The notes: a model not told the origin generated them from the letters alone. DNA of 64,000 nt from Escherichia coli (GCF_003790525.1 NZ_CP033635.1); one strand, 5' to 3'. Numbered from the stretch's first letter, positions 25,116 to 35,930 are shown. Program-made: numbers and translations.

Positions 25116-26704
25116 AAAGAACGCCTGTCCTGATTGATGTGAACGGCGTTCCGCTTCGTGAGAGTCTCAGCTACAACGGGGGCGGCGCAGGATTTGGCGG
25201 GCAAATGGCGGAGTGGTTGCCACCGGCGCAGAGTGTCGATGCGGCCCTGCTGCCCGCGTTGCGTCTGGGGAATGCCCGGGCAGATGATCTGGTGCGCAAT
25301 AACGGAATAGCGGCTAATGCGGTGGCCCTGCATAAGGATCACATAGTCGGGCATATGTTTCTGATCAGCTACCGTCCGAACTGGCGCTGGCTGGGGATGC
25401 GGGAGACCGCAGCAAAAAGCTTTGTCGATGAGGTGGAGGCGGCCTGGTCGGAATACGCCGAAGGGATGTCTGGCGAGATCGACGTGGAAGGAAAACGCAC
25501 GTTCACGGAATTTATCCGGGAAGGCGTGGGCGTTCATGCGTTTAACGGCGAAATCTTTGTGCAGCCGGTCTGGGATGCGGAGACTACGCAGCTGTTTCGT
25601 ACGCGTTTTAAAGCCGTGAGTCCGAAACGGGTGGACACGCCAGGATACGGTTTGGGGAACCGCTTTCTGCGGGCCGGGGTGGAGGTCGATCGGCATGGAC
25701 GGGCCGTTGCGTACCATATCTGTGAGGATGATTTTCCGCTCTCTGGTAGTGGACGATGGGAACGGATCCCGCGTGAACTTCCCACCGGGCGTCCGGCCAT
25801 GCTGCATATTTTCGAGCCGGTTGAGGACGGGCAGACCCGTGGGGCTAATCAGTTTTACAGCGTCATGGAACGGCTGAAAATGCTCGATTCCCTGCAGGCA
25901 ACACAGCTTCAGTCAGCCATAGTGAAGGCGATGTATGCAGCGACGATTGAAAGTGAACTTGATACCGAAAAGGCCTTTGAATATATCGCCGGTGCGCCGC
26001 AGGGGCAGAAGGATAATCCGCTTATTAATATTCTGGAGAAGTTCTCCAGCTGGTATGACACGAATAACGTGACACTGGGCGGTGTCAAAATTCCGCACCT
26101 TTTCCCCGGTGATGATCTGAAACTACAGACTGCGCAGGATTCAGACAATGGATTTTCTGCGCTTGAACAGGCGCTGCTGCGGTATATCGCCGCCGGTCTT
26201 GGCGTTTCCTACGAACAGTTGTCCCGTGATTACTCGAAGGTCAGTTATTCAAGTGCCCGCGCCTCCGCCAATGAGTCGTGGCGCTATTTTATGGGGCGGC
26301 GAAAATTTATTGCGGCCCGGCTGGCCACGCAGATGTTTTCCTGCTGGCTGGAAGAGGCTCTTCTGCGGGGGATTATTCGTCCGCCACGGGCGCGTTTTGA
26401 TTTTTATCAGGCGCGTTCATCCTGGTCACGGGCAGAGTGGATTGGAGACGGAAGAATGGCCATTGACGGGCTCAAGGAGGTCCAGGAATCGGTGATGCGC
26501 ATTGAGGCCGGACTGAGCACGTATGAGAAAGAGCTGGCGCTGATGGGTGAGGATTATCAGGACATTTTCCGCCAGCAGGTCAGGGAATCTGCAGAGCGGG
26601 AAAAAGCCGGACTCTCACGTCCGGTGTGGATAGCGCAGGCGTATCAGCAGCAGATAGCGGCGAGTCGCAGGCCGGAAGAGGAGACAACACCACGTGAGAC
26701 GTAA
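25112..26704 (+). CDS. B: Portal protein gpB
   Basis: 530 aa in the lambda gene order (W-B-C), of lambda gpB size. Confidence 0.95.
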   Translation: MKRTPVLIDVNGVPLRESLSYNGGGAGFGGQMAEWLPPAQSVDAALLPALRLGNARADDLVRNNGIAANAVALHKDHIVGHMFLISYRPNWRWLGMRETAAKSFVDEVEAAWSEYAEGMSGEIDVEGKRTFTEFIREGVGVHAFNGEIFVQPVWDAETTQLFRTRFKAVSPKRVDTPGYGLGNRFLRAGVEVDRHGRAVAYHICEDDFPLSGSGRWERIPRELPTGRPAMLHIFEPVEDGQTRGANQFYSVMERLKMLDSLQATQLQSAIVKAMYAATIESELDTEKAFEYIAGAPQGQKDNPLINILEKFSSWYDTNNVTLGGVKIPHLFPGDDLKLQTAQDSDNGFSALEQALLRYIAAGLGVSYEQLSRDYSKVSYSSARASANESWRYFMGRRKFIAARLATQMFSCWLEEALLRGIIRPPRARFDFYQARSSWSRAEWIGDGRMAIDGLKEVQESVMRIEAGLSTYEKELALMGEDYQDIFRQQVRESAEREKAGLSRPVWIAQAYQQQIAASRRPEEETTPRET

Positions 26705-28199
26705 TCTTTCACACATTATTGCCGCAGCATTCAATGAACCGCTGCTTCTGGAGCCCGCCTATGCGCGGGTTTTCTTTTGCGCGCTCGGGCGCGAGATGGG
26801 GGCAGCAAGTCTTTCGGTACCACAACAGCAGGTACAGCTTGATGCTCCCGGAATGCTGGCTGAAACGGACGAGTACATGGCCGGAGGTAAACGACCGGCC
26901 CGTGTTTACCGGGTGGTGAACGGTATTGCTGTACTGCCGGTGACCGGCATGCTGGTGCACCGGCTGGGTGGTATGCGGCCATTTTCCGGAATGACAGGCT
27001 ATGACGGCATTGTCGCCTGTCTTCAGCAGGCAATGGCGGACACCGCTGTCCGGGGCGTACTGCTGGACATTGACAGTCCGGGCGGGCAGGCCGCAGGCGC
27101 GTTTGACTGCGCTGACATGATTTACCGCCTCCGTCAGCAGAAGCCGGTCTGGGCAGTGTGCAATGACACGGCCTGTTCTGCAGCCATGCTGCTGGCGTCG
27201 GCCTGCTCCCGACGGCTGGTTACCCAGACATCCCGTATCGGCTCCATTGGCGTGATGATGAGCCATCTCAGCTATGCCGGTCATCTGGCGCAGGCCGGTG
27301 TGGATATCACGCTGATTTATGCCGGGGCGCACAAGGTGGATGGCAATCAGTTTGAAGCCTTACCGGAAGAGGTGCGTCAGGACATGCAGCAGCGCATTGA
27401 TGCGGCACACCGGATGTTTGCCGAAAAAGTGGCGATGTATACCGGGCTGTCTGTGGATGTGGTCACGGGAACAGAGGCCGCCGTTTTTGAAGGTCAGTCC
27501 GGCATTGAGGCCGGGCTGGCGGATGAATTAGTCAATGCGTCGGATGCCATCAGTGTGATGACCACGGCGCTGTACACACATGATACAGGAGGCACTATGC
27601 CGCAATTAACTGCAACGGAAGCCGCCGCGCAGGAGAACCAGCGAGTGATGGGGATCCTGACGAGTAAGGAAGCGAAAGGACGTGAACAGCTTGCCACGAT
27701 GCTGGCGGGACAACAGGGCATGAGCGTTGAACAGGCCCGGGAGATCCTGGCCGCGGCGGCACCACAGCAGCCGGTGGCATCCGCGCAGAGTGAAGCCGAT
27801 CGCATTATGGCGTGTGAAGAGGCGAAAGGTCGTGAACAACTGGCGGCAACGCTGGCGGCGATGCCGGAGATGACGGTGGAAAAAGCCCGCCCGATCCTGG
27901 CAGCTTCACCGCAGGCGGATGCCGGACCATCACTCCGTGATCAGATCATGGCCCTGGATGAGGCAAAAGGGGCTGAGGCGCAGGCTGAACAGCTGGCTGC
28001 CTGCCCGGGAATGACCGTGGAGAACGCCCGGGCTGTGCTGGCTGCGGGATCAGGTAAGGCAGAACCGGTCTCTGCATCCACAACCGCCATGTTTGAACAT
28101 TTCATGGCGAACCATTCACCGGCAGCGGTACAGGGTGGCGTGCCACAGACGTCAGCAGACGGTGATGCGGACGTGAAAATGCTCATGGCCATGCCATGA
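26694..28199 (+). CDS. C: Head maturation protease/scaffold gpC (S49 family) with nested Nu3-type scaffold region
   Basis: FNEPLLLEPAYARVFFCAL and SRRLVTQTSRIGSIGVMM match lambda gpC. The C-terminal scaffold motif is present three times. Confidence 0.9.
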   Translation: MRRNLSHIIAAAFNEPLLLEPAYARVFFCALGREMGAASLSVPQQQVQLDAPGMLAETDEYMAGGKRPARVYRVVNGIAVLPVTGMLVHRLGGMRPFSGMTGYDGIVACLQQAMADTAVRGVLLDIDSPGGQAAGAFDCADMIYRLRQQKPVWAVCNDTACSAAMLLASACSRRLVTQTSRIGSIGVMMSHLSYAGHLAQAGVDITLIYAGAHKVDGNQFEALPEEVRQDMQQRIDAAHRMFAEKVAMYTGLSVDVVTGTEAAVFEGQSGIEAGLADELVNASDAISVMTTALYTHDTGGTMPQLTATEAAAQENQRVMGILTSKEAKGREQLATMLAGQQGMSVEQAREILAAAAPQQPVASAQSEADRIMACEEAKGREQLAATLAAMPEMTVEKARPILAASPQADAGPSLRDQIMALDEAKGAEAQAEQLAACPGMTVENARAVLAAGSGKAEPVSASTTAMFEHFMANHSPAAVQGGVPQTSADGDADVKMLMAMP

Positions 28200-28235
28200 A
28201 GCCAGTGCTGACCATCAATAGGAGGTTTTGACAAT

Positions 28236-28583
28236 ATGGTAACGAAAACCATCACTGAACAGCGTGCGGAAGTACGTATTTTTGCCGGTAATGATCCGGC
28301 TCACACCGCCACAGGCAGCAGCGGGATTTCCTCGGCAACACCGGCACTGACGCCCCTGATGCTGGATGAAGCCACCGGGAAACTGGTGGTCTGGGACGGA
28401 CAGAAAGCCGGAGGTGCGGTTGGCATACTGGTACTGCCGCTTGAAGGCACAGAGACGGTGCTGACGTATTACAAGTCGGGGACTTTTGCGACGGAGGCAA
28501 TCCGCTGGCCTGACAGTGTGGATGAACACAAAAAGGCCAACGCCTTTGCAGGCAGTGTCCTGAGTCACGCGGCGCTGCCGTAA
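28236..28583 (+). CDS. D: Head decoration protein gpD
   Basis: 115 aa. NDPAHTAT, TPLMLD, VGIL and YKSGTF match lambda gpD. Confidence 0.9.
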   Translation: MVTKTITEQRAEVRIFAGNDPAHTATGSSGISSATPALTPLMLDEATGKLVVWDGQKAGGAVGILVLPLEGTETVLTYYKSGTFATEAIRWPDSVDEHKKANAFAGSVLSHAALP

Positions 28584-28640
28584 CACGTTATCAGGCCACC
28601 GCGGTGGCCTGACTGATTTCTGAATGAAAGGAACTGATTT

Positions 28641-29669
28641 ATGGGATTGTTTACGACCCGCCAGTTACTCGGTTATACCGAACAAAAAGTGAAATTTCGT
28701 GCGCTGTTTCTGGAGCTGTTTTTCCGTCGTACGGTGAATTTCCATACCGAAGAGGTGATGCTGGACAAAATTACCGGAAAAACGCCGGTGGCGGCCTATG
28801 TCTCCCCGGTTGTTGAAGGAAAAGTGCTGCGTCATCGTGGTGGTGAAACCCGCGTCTTGCGTCCGGGATACGTCAAGCCGAAACACGAATTTAATTCCCG
28901 GCAGGCGGTTGAGCGCCTTCCTGGTGAAGATCCGGCTCAACTGAACGATCCGGCTTACCGCCGTCTGCGTATCATTACCGATAACCTCAAACAGGAAGAG
29001 TACGCGATTGTCCAGGTGGAAGAAATGCAGGCGGTAAATGCCGTGCTGTATGGCAAATACACCATGGAAGGAGACCAGTTCGAGAAAATTGAGGTCGATT
29101 TTGGCAGATCGCCGGCGAATAACATTACGCAGGCCAGTGGTAAAAAATGGTCTGAGCACGATCGTGACACGTTCGATCCTGCGCATGATATTGACCTCTA
29201 CTGCGACCAGGCCAGCGGCCTTGTGAATATTGCCATTATGGACGGTAGCGTCTGGCGTCTGCTGAATGGTTTTAAGCTGTTCCGCGAAAAACTGGATACC
29301 CGTCGCGGTTCAAATTCGCAACTCGAAACGGCAGTGAAAGACCTGGGGGCGGTGGTGTCTTTCAAAGGGTATTACGGTGATCTGGCCATTGTGGTGGCGA
29401 AAACGTCTTATGTGGCAGAGGACGGTACCGAAAAACGTTATCTGCCAGACGGCACGCTGGTCCTGGGGAATACTGCTGCAGATGGGATCCGTTGTTACGG
29501 TGCCATTCAGGATGCACAGGCGTTGTCTGAAGGCGTGGTGGCCTCTTCCCGTTATCCGAAACACTGGCTGACGGTGGGGGATCCCGCCCGTGAATTTACC
29601 ATGACGCAGTCCGCGCCGCTGATGGTGTTGCCGGACCCGGATGAGTTTGTGGTGGTACAGGTGAAATAA
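28641..29669 (+). CDS. E: Major capsid protein gpE
   Basis: 342 aa. GYVKPKHE, DPAYRR.RII, VEEMQAV.AVL.GKYTM, LDTRRGSNS.LETAVKDLG and TGDPAREFTM.QSAPLM match lambda gpE. Confidence 0.95.
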   Translation: MGLFTTRQLLGYTEQKVKFRALFLELFFRRTVNFHTEEVMLDKITGKTPVAAYVSPVVEGKVLRHRGGETRVLRPGYVKPKHEFNSRQAVERLPGEDPAQLNDPAYRRLRIITDNLKQEEYAIVQVEEMQAVNAVLYGKYTMEGDQFEKIEVDFGRSPANNITQASGKKWSEHDRDTFDPAHDIDLYCDQASGLVNIAIMDGSVWRLLNGFKLFREKLDTRRGSNSQLETAVKDLGAVVSFKGYYGDLAIVVAKTSYVAEDGTEKRYLPDGTLVLGNTAADGIRCYGAIQDAQALSEGVVASSRYPKHWLTVGDPAREFTMTQSAPLMVLPDPDEFVVVQVK

Positions 29670-29676
29670 TCCGTGA

Positions 29677-29706
29677 GCGGGGGCGAAATGCCCCCGTGTC
29701 TTTTTT
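29677..29706 (+). terminator. Hairpin plus T-run after the major capsid gene
   Basis: GCGGGGGC-GAAAT-GCCCCCGT followed by GTC and T6. Confidence 0.55.
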
Positions 29707-29720
29707 CACAGAGGCCTGAT

Positions 29721-30083
29721 ATGGCAACGAAAGAGCAAAATCTGAAACGGCTTGATGAACTGGCCCGGATTCTGGGGCGTGAGCCGGATATATCCGGGAG
29801 TGCCGCAGAGATAGCGCAGCGGGTGGCGGAATGGGAAGAGGAAGCAGAGGACAAAAACCAGGAGAGTGATGAGAACGAAAGGCATTTGATGACGTATAGC
29901 TACTCCACTGGCGGGGATGAAATGAGCACTGTTCGTGTACTCAAAACCCTGCATGTGGCGGGAAAACATCCGCATGATGACAGTGATATGGAGATTGTTG
30001 TTACAGGTATGACTGTCAGAGTTGATCCAGTGAATGTTGCGGAACTTGTCCTGGAGGGGCTTGTTACAGATGAAAGTTATTAA
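29721..30083 (+). CDS. FI: DNA packaging protein FI
   Basis: 120 aa from MATKEQNLKRL, acidic, at the lambda FI position. Confidence 0.8.
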   Translation: MATKEQNLKRLDELARILGREPDISGSAAEIAQRVAEWEEEAEDKNQESDENERHLMTYSYSTGGDEMSTVRVLKTLHVAGKHPHDDSDMEIVVTGMTVRVDPVNVAELVLEGLVTDESY

Positions 30084-30432
30084 TATCAGGGATAACGGTT
30101 TTGATACAGCCATTGCCCGGGCTGATGAAACGATACGCGGGCATATGGGAACGTCAGCCACCATTACATCCGGTGAGCAGCCCGGCGCAGTAATACGTGG
30201 TGTTTTTGATGACCCTGAAAATATCAGCTATGCCGGACAGGGCGTGCGCGTTGAAGGCTCCAGCCCGTCCCTGTTTGTCCGGACTGATGATGTGCGGCAA
30301 CTGCGGCGTGGAGACACGCTGACCATCGGTGAGGAAAACTTCTGGATAGACCGGGTTTCGCCGGATGATGGCGGAAGCTGTCATCTCTGGCTTGGGCGTG
30401 GCGTGCCGCCTGCCGTTAACCGTCGTCGCTGA
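30070..30432 (+). CDS. FII: Head-tail joining protein FII
   Basis: AIARADETIRGHMGTSATITSGEQPGAVIRGVFDDPENISYAGQGVRVEGSSPSLFVRTDD is almost identical to lambda FII. Confidence 0.9.
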   Translation: MKVINIRDNGFDTAIARADETIRGHMGTSATITSGEQPGAVIRGVFDDPENISYAGQGVRVEGSSPSLFVRTDDVRQLRRGDTLTIGEENFWIDRVSPDDGGSCHLWLGRGVPPAVNRRR

Positions 30433-30443
30433 AAGGGGGATGT

Positions 30444-31019
30444 ATGGCCATACAGGGTCTTGAGCAGGCCGTTGAAAACCTCAGTCGTATCAGCAGAACG
30501 GCGGTGCCCGGTGCGTCAGCAATGGCCATTAACCGCGTGGCCACAACGGCGATTAATCAGTCTTCGTCTCAGGTCGCCCGTGAAACCCGGGTGCCGAGAA
30601 AACTGGTTAAACAGCGATCCAGACTGAAACGGGCTACGGTCAGAAATCCGAATGCAAAAATTATCGTTAACCGAGGTGATCTCCCTGCTATTAAGCTGGG
30701 GATCAGGATGCTTGGTCATCGCCCGAACAGCATACTCAAAGCCGGTCAGCATCGTTATCAGCGGGCATTCATCCAGCGATTAAATAATGGGCGCTGGCAT
30801 GTTATGCAACGTCTGCCAGAAGCCAGGTATGCGAAGGGCAATGACGATAAGGGAAGGAAAAAGCGTAATCGTCTTCCCATTCAGGTGGTGAAAATTCCGA
30901 TGGCGGTCCCACTGAAACAGGCTTTTGATGAGAACGTTAACCGTATCCGGCGAGAACGTCTGCCAAAAGAACTGAGCTATGCGCTGAAACAACAACTGAG
31001 GATTGTGATAAAGCGATGA
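30444..31019 (+). CDS. Z: Minor tail protein Z
   Basis: MAIQGLEQAVENLSRIS... and the C-terminus RRERLPKEL.YAL..QLR.VIKR match lambda Z. Confidence 0.9.
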   Translation: MAIQGLEQAVENLSRISRTAVPGASAMAINRVATTAINQSSSQVARETRVPRKLVKQRSRLKRATVRNPNAKIIVNRGDLPAIKLGIRMLGHRPNSILKAGQHRYQRAFIQRLNNGRWHVMQRLPEARYAKGNDDKGRKKRNRLPIQVVKIPMAVPLKQAFDENVNRIRRERLPKELSYALKQQLRIVIKR

Positions 31020-31411
31020 AACATACTGAACTCCGTGCAGCCGTACTGGATGCACTGGAGAAGCATGACACCGGGGCGACGCTTTTTGATGGTCGCCCCG
31101 CTGTTTTTGATGAGGCGGATTTTCCGGCAATTGCCGTTTATCTCACCGGCGCTGAATACACGGGCGAAGAGCTGGACAGCGATACCTGGCAGGCAGAGCT
31201 GCATATTGAAGTTTTCCTGCCTGCTCAGGTGCCGGATTCAGAGCTGGATTCGTGGATGGAGTCCCGGATTTATCCGGTGATGAGTGATATCCCGGCACTG
31301 TCAGATTTGATCACCAGTATGGTGGCCAGCGGCTATGACTACCGGCGCGACGATGATGCGGGCCTGTGGAGTTCAGCCGATCTGACTTATGTCATTACCT
31401 ATGAAATGTGA
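31016..31411 (+). CDS. U: Tail terminator protein U
   Basis: 131 aa, near-identical to lambda U ([22 protein letters not shown]). Confidence 0.95.
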   Translation: MKHTELRAAVLDALEKHDTGATLFDGRPAVFDEADFPAIAVYLTGAEYTGEELDSDTWQAELHIEVFLPAQVPDSELDSWMESRIYPVMSDIPALSDLITSMVASGYDYRRDDDAGLWSSADLTYVITYEM

Positions 31412-31418
31412 GGACGCT

Positions 31419-32171
31419 ATGCCTGTACCAAATCCTGTAATGCCGGTGAAAGGTGCCGGGACCACACTGTGGGTTTATAAGGGGAACGGTGACCCTTATG
31501 CGAATCCGCTTTCAGACGTTGACTGGTCGCGTCTGGCTAAAGTTAAAGACCTGACGCCCGGCGAACTGACCGCTGAGTCCTATGACGACAGTTATCTCGA
31601 TGATGAAGATGCGGACTGGGCCGCGACCGGACAGGGGCAGAAATCCGCCGGAGATACCAGCTTCACGCTGGCGTGGATGCCCGGAGAGCAGGGGCAGCAG
31701 GCGCTGCTGGCGTGGTTTAATGAAGGTGATACCCGTGCCTATAAAATCCGCTTCCCGAACGGCACGGTCGATGTGTTCCGCGGCTGGGTCAGCAGCATCG
31801 GTAAGGCGGTGACGGCGAAAGAAGTGATCACCCGCACGGTGAAAGTCACTAACGTGGGTAAACCTTCTGTAGCGGAAGAACGCAGCAAAATTACGCCGGT
31901 CAGTGCGATTAAGGTGACGCCGACATCCGGTACGGTGGCAAAAGGGAAAACAACCACCCTGACGGTTTCTTTTGAGCCGGAAAGTGCAACCGACAAGACG
32001 TTCAGAGCGGTTTCCGCCGATCCGTCGAAAGCCACCATTAGTGTGAAAGATATGACAATTACGGTAAACGGCGTGGCGACAGGTAAGGTGCAGATCCCTG
32101 TGGTGAGCGGAAATGGTCAGTTCGCCGCAGTGGCTGAAGTCACCGTTAGTGAAGCGGGCGCTGCAGGGTAA
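31419..32171 (+). CDS. V: Major tail protein V with C-terminal Ig-like domain
   Basis: 250 aa from [22 protein letters not shown], at the lambda V position. The C-terminal segment is Big_2-like ([22 protein letters not shown]). Confidence 0.95.
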   Translation: MPVPNPVMPVKGAGTTLWVYKGNGDPYANPLSDVDWSRLAKVKDLTPGELTAESYDDSYLDDEDADWAATGQGQKSAGDTSFTLAWMPGEQGQQALLAWFNEGDTRAYKIRFPNGTVDVFRGWVSSIGKAVTAKEVITRTVKVTNVGKPSVAEERSKITPVSAIKVTPTSGTVAKGKTTTLTVSFEPESATDKTFRAVSADPSKATISVKDMTITVNGVATGKVQIPVVSGNGQFAAVAEVTVSEAGAAG

Positions 32172-32184
32172 ACGGAGGTAATAC

Positions 32185-32616
32185 ATGTTTCTGAAAACAG
32201 AACAATTTGAATATAACGGTGTGTCTGTCACGCTTTCCGAATTGTCTGCGCTGCAGCGTATCGAGCATCTTGCCCTCCTGAAACGGCGTGCAGAACAGGC
32301 AGAATCCAGCGGCAACCTGCAGGTAAGCGTGGAAGATCTCGTCAGAACCGGCGCGTTTCTGGTGGCGATGTCCCTGTGGCATAACCATCCACAGAAAACG
32401 CAGTCACCGTCAATGAATGAGGCCGTGATGAAGATAGAGCAGGAAGTGCTCACCACCTGGCCTGCCGATGCCATTGCCCGGGCGGAAGACGTGGTGTTGT
32501 GCCTGTCCGGGATGATCGAAGCTGTTCGTCCGGATACTGATATTACTGAAGTGGCGAAAAATAACACGCTGACTGATGATGATTTTTCTGCGGGAAAGTC
32601 TTCGACGGCGAGCTGA
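32185..32616 (+). CDS. G: Tail assembly chaperone G
   Basis: MFLKTEQFEYNGVSVTLSELSALQRIEHLALLKRRAEQAE matches lambda G. Confidence 0.9.
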   Translation: MFLKTEQFEYNGVSVTLSELSALQRIEHLALLKRRAEQAESSGNLQVSVEDLVRTGAFLVAMSLWHNHPQKTQSPSMNEAVMKIEQEVLTTWPADAIARAEDVVLCLSGMIEAVRPDTDITEVAKNNTLTDDDFSAGKSSTAS

Positions 32617-33032
32617 ACTTTGCCCTCAGACTGGCGCGTGAGATGGGGAGACCCGACTGGCGCGCCATGCTTGCCGGGATGTCATCCACGGAGTATGCCG
32701 ACTGGCACCGCTTTTACAGTACCCATTATTTTCATGATGTTCTGCTGGATATGCACTTTTCCGGGCTGACGTACACCGTGCTCAGCCTGTTTTTCAGCGA
32801 TCCGGATATGCATCCGCTGGATTTCAGTCTGCTGAACCGGCGTGAGGCTGACGAAGAGCCTGAAGATGATGTGCTGATGCAGAAAGCGGCAGGGCTTGCC
32901 GGAGGCGTCCGCTTTGGCCCGGACGGGAATGAAGTTATCCCTGCATCCCCGGATGTGGCGGACATGACGGAGGATGACGTAATGCTGATGACAGTATCAG
33001 AAGGGATCGCAGGAGGAGTCCGGTATGGCTGA
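32185..33032 (+). CDS. G-T: Tail assembly chaperone G-T produced by programmed -1 frameshift
   Basis: The slippery heptamer G GGA AAG at 32592-32598 is in the G frame. The -1 frame continues GKVFDGELNFALRLAREMGRPDWRAMLAGMSSTEYADW, as in lambda gpGT. The product is join(32185..32598, 32598..33032). Confidence 0.85.
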
Positions 33033-35604
33033 ACCGGTAGGCGATCTGGTCGTTGATTTAAGTCTGGATGCGGCCAGGTTTGACGAGCAGATGGCCAGAG
33101 TCAGGCGTCATTTTTCCGGTACGGAAAGTGATGCGAAAAAAACAGCGGCAGTCGTTGAACAGTCAATGAACCGGCAGGCGCTGGCTGCACAGAAAGCGGG
33201 GATTTCCGTCGGACAGTATAAAGCCGCCATGCGTATGCTGCCTGCACAGTTCACCGACGTGGCCACACAGCTTGCAGGCGGGCAGAGTCCGTGGCTGATC
33301 CTGCTGCAACAGGGCGGTCAGGTGAAGGACTCCTTCGGCGGGATGATCCCCATGTTCAGGGGGCTTGCCGGTGCGATCACCCTGCCGATGGTCGGGGCCA
33401 CCTCGCTGGCGGTGGCGACCGGTGCGCTGGCGTATGCCTGGTATCAGGGCAACTCAACCCTGTCCGATTTCAACAAAACGCTGGTCCTTTCCGGCAATCA
33501 GGCGGGACTGACGGCAGATCGTATTCTGGCCCTGTCCAGAGCCGGGCAGGCGGCAGGGCTGACGTTTAACCAGACCAGCGAGTCACTCAGTGCACTGGTT
33601 AAGGCGGGGGTAAGCGGTGAGGCTCAGATTGCGTCCATCAGCCAGAGTGTGGCGCGTTTCTCCTCTGCATCCGGCGTGGAGGTGGACAAGGTCGCTGAAG
33701 CCTTCGGGAAGCTGACCACAGACCCGACGTCGGGACTGACAGCGATGGCACGTCAGTTCCATAACGTGACGGCGGAGCAGATTGCGTATGTTGCTCAGTT
33801 GCAGCGTTCCGGAGATGAAGCCGGGGCATTGCAGGCGGCGAACGAGGCCGCAACGAAAGGGTTTGATGACCAGACCCGCCGCCTGAAAGAGAACATGGGC
33901 ACGCTGGAGACCTGGGCAGACAGGACAGCACGGGCATTCAAATCCATGTGGGATTCGGTGCTGGATATTGGTCGCCCGGACACTGCCCAGGGAATGCTGG
34001 AGAAAGCAGAAAAGGCTTTTGATGAGGCGGACAAAAAATGGCAGTGGTATCAGAGCCGGAGCCACCGGCGCGGTAAAACCTCAGCATTTCTTGCCAATCT
34101 CCGGGGAGCATGGGAGGACAGAGCGAATGCGCAACTTGGGCTTTCAGCCGCCACGTTGCAGGCCGATCTTGAAAAGGCCAGAGAGATGGCAGCAAAGGAC
34201 TGGGCCGAGTCTGAGGCATCACGGCTGAAATATACCGAAGAGGCGCAGAAGGCTTACGAACGGCTGCAGACACCGCTGGAGAAATATACCGCCCGTCAGG
34301 AAGAACTGAACAAGGCACTGAAAGACGGGAAAATCCTGCAGGCAGATTACAACACGCTGATGGCGGCGGCGAAAAAGGATTATGAAGCGACGCGGAAAAA
34401 GCCGAAACAGTCCGGCGTGAAGGTGTCTGCGGGCGATCGTCAGGAAGACAGTGCTCATGCTGCCCTGCTGACGCTTCAGGCAGAACTCCGGACGCTGGAG
34501 AAGCATGCCGGAGCGAATGAGAAAATCAGCCAGCAGCGCCGGGATTTGTGGAAGGCAGAAAGTCAGTTCGCGGTACTGGAGGAGGCGGCACAACGTCGCC
34601 AGCTGTCCGCACAGGAGAAATCCCTGCTGGCGCATAAAGATGAGACGCTGGAGTACAAACGCCAGCTGGCTGCACTTGGCGACAAGGTTACGTATCAGGA
34701 GCGCCTGAACGCGCTGGCGCAGCAGGCGGATAAATTCGCACAGCAGCAACGGGCAAAACGGGCCGCCATTGATGCGAAAAGCCGGGGGGTGACTGACCGG
34801 CAGGCAGAACGGGAAGCCACGGAACAGCGCCTGAAGGAACAGTATGGCGATAATCCGCTGGCGCTGAATAACGTCATGTCAGAGCAGAAAAAGACCTGGG
34901 CGGCTGAAGACCTGCTTCGCGGGAGCTGGATGGCAGGCCTCAGGTCCGGCTGGAGCGAGTGGAAAGAGAGTGCCACGGACAGTATGTCGCAGGTTAAAAG
35001 TGCTGCCACGCAGACCTTTGATGGTATTGCGCAGAATATGGCGGCGATGCTGACCGGCAGTGAACAGAACTGGCGTAGCTTCACCCGCTCCGTGCTGTCC
35101 ATGATGACAGAAATTCTGCTTAAGCAGGCAATGGTGGGGATTGTCGGGAGTATCGGCAGCGCCATTGGCGGGGCTGTTGGTGGCGGCGCATCCGCGTCAG
35201 GCGGTACAGCCATTCAGGCCGCTGCGGCGAAATTCCATTTTGCGACCGGAGGGTTTACGGGAACCGGCGGCAAATATGAGCCAGCGGGGATTGTTCACCG
35301 TGGTGAATTTGTCTTCACGAAGGAGGCAACCAGCCGGATTGGTGTCGGCAACCTGTACCGCCTGATGCGGGGCTATGCGGAAGGTGGTTATGTGGGCGGT
35401 GCCGGAAGTCCGGCGCAGATGCGGCGGGCTGAAGGCATTAATTTTAATCAGAACAATCACGTGGTGATTCAGAACGACGGTACGAATGGTCTGCCAGGTC
35501 CACAGATGATGAAGGCAGTGTATGACATGGCCCGCAAGGGTGCCCGTGATGAAATTCAGGCACAGATGCGCGATGGTGGTCTGTTCTCCGGAGGTGGACG
35601 ATGA
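33025..35604 (+). CDS. H: Tape measure protein H
   Basis: 859 aa, long helical protein at the lambda H position and of lambda H size. Confidence 0.95.
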   Translation: MAEPVGDLVVDLSLDAARFDEQMARVRRHFSGTESDAKKTAAVVEQSMNRQALAAQKAGISVGQYKAAMRMLPAQFTDVATQLAGGQSPWLILLQQGGQVKDSFGGMIPMFRGLAGAITLPMVGATSLAVATGALAYAWYQGNSTLSDFNKTLVLSGNQAGLTADRILALSRAGQAAGLTFNQTSESLSALVKAGVSGEAQIASISQSVARFSSASGVEVDKVAEAFGKLTTDPTSGLTAMARQFHNVTAEQIAYVAQLQRSGDEAGALQAANEAATKGFDDQTRRLKENMGTLETWADRTARAFKSMWDSVLDIGRPDTAQGMLEKAEKAFDEADKKWQWYQSRSHRRGKTSAFLANLRGAWEDRANAQLGLSAATLQADLEKAREMAAKDWAESEASRLKYTEEAQKAYERLQTPLEKYTARQEELNKALKDGKILQADYNTLMAAAKKDYEATRKKPKQSGVKVSAGDRQEDSAHAALLTLQAELRTLEKHAGANEKISQQRRDLWKAESQFAVLEEAAQRRQLSAQEKSLLAHKDETLEYKRQLAALGDKVTYQERLNALAQQADKFAQQQRAKRAAIDAKSRGVTDRQAEREATEQRLKEQYGDNPLALNNVMSEQKKTWAAEDLLRGSWMAGLRSGWSEWKESATDSMSQVKSAATQTFDGIAQNMAAMLTGSEQNWRSFTRSVLSMMTEILLKQAMVGIVGSIGSAIGGAVGGGASASGGTAIQAAAAKFHFATGGFTGTGGKYEPAGIVHRGEFVFTKEATSRIGVGNLYRLMRGYAEGGYVGGAGSPAQMRRAEGINFNQNNHVVIQNDGTNGLPGPQMMKAVYDMARKGARDEIQAQMRDGGLFSGGGR

Positions 35605-35930
35605 AGACCTTCCGCTGGAAAGTGAAACCCGGTATGGATGTGGCTTCGGCCCCTTCCGTCAGGAAAGTGCGCTTTGGTGATGGCTATTCCCAGCGAGCGC
35701 CTGCCGGTCTGAATGCCGACCTGAAAACGTACAGCGTGACGCTGTCTGTCTCCCGTGAGGAGGCCACGGCGCTGGAGTCGTTTCTGGCTGAGCACGGGGG
35801 CTGGAAGGCCTTTCTGTGGACGCCGCCTTATGAGTGGCGGCAGATAAAGGTGACCTGCGCAAAATGGTCGTCGCAGGTCCGTATGTTGCGTGTTGAGTTC
35901 AGCGCAGAGTTTGAACAGGTGGTGAACTGA
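35601..35930 (+). CDS. M: Minor tail protein M
   Basis: 109 aa, matching lambda order and size. Confidence 0.9.
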   Translation: MKTFRWKVKPGMDVASAPSVRKVRFGDGYSQRAPAGLNADLKTYSVTLSVSREEATALESFLAEHGGWKAFLWTPPYEWRQIKVTCAKWSSQVRMLRVEFSAEFEQVVN

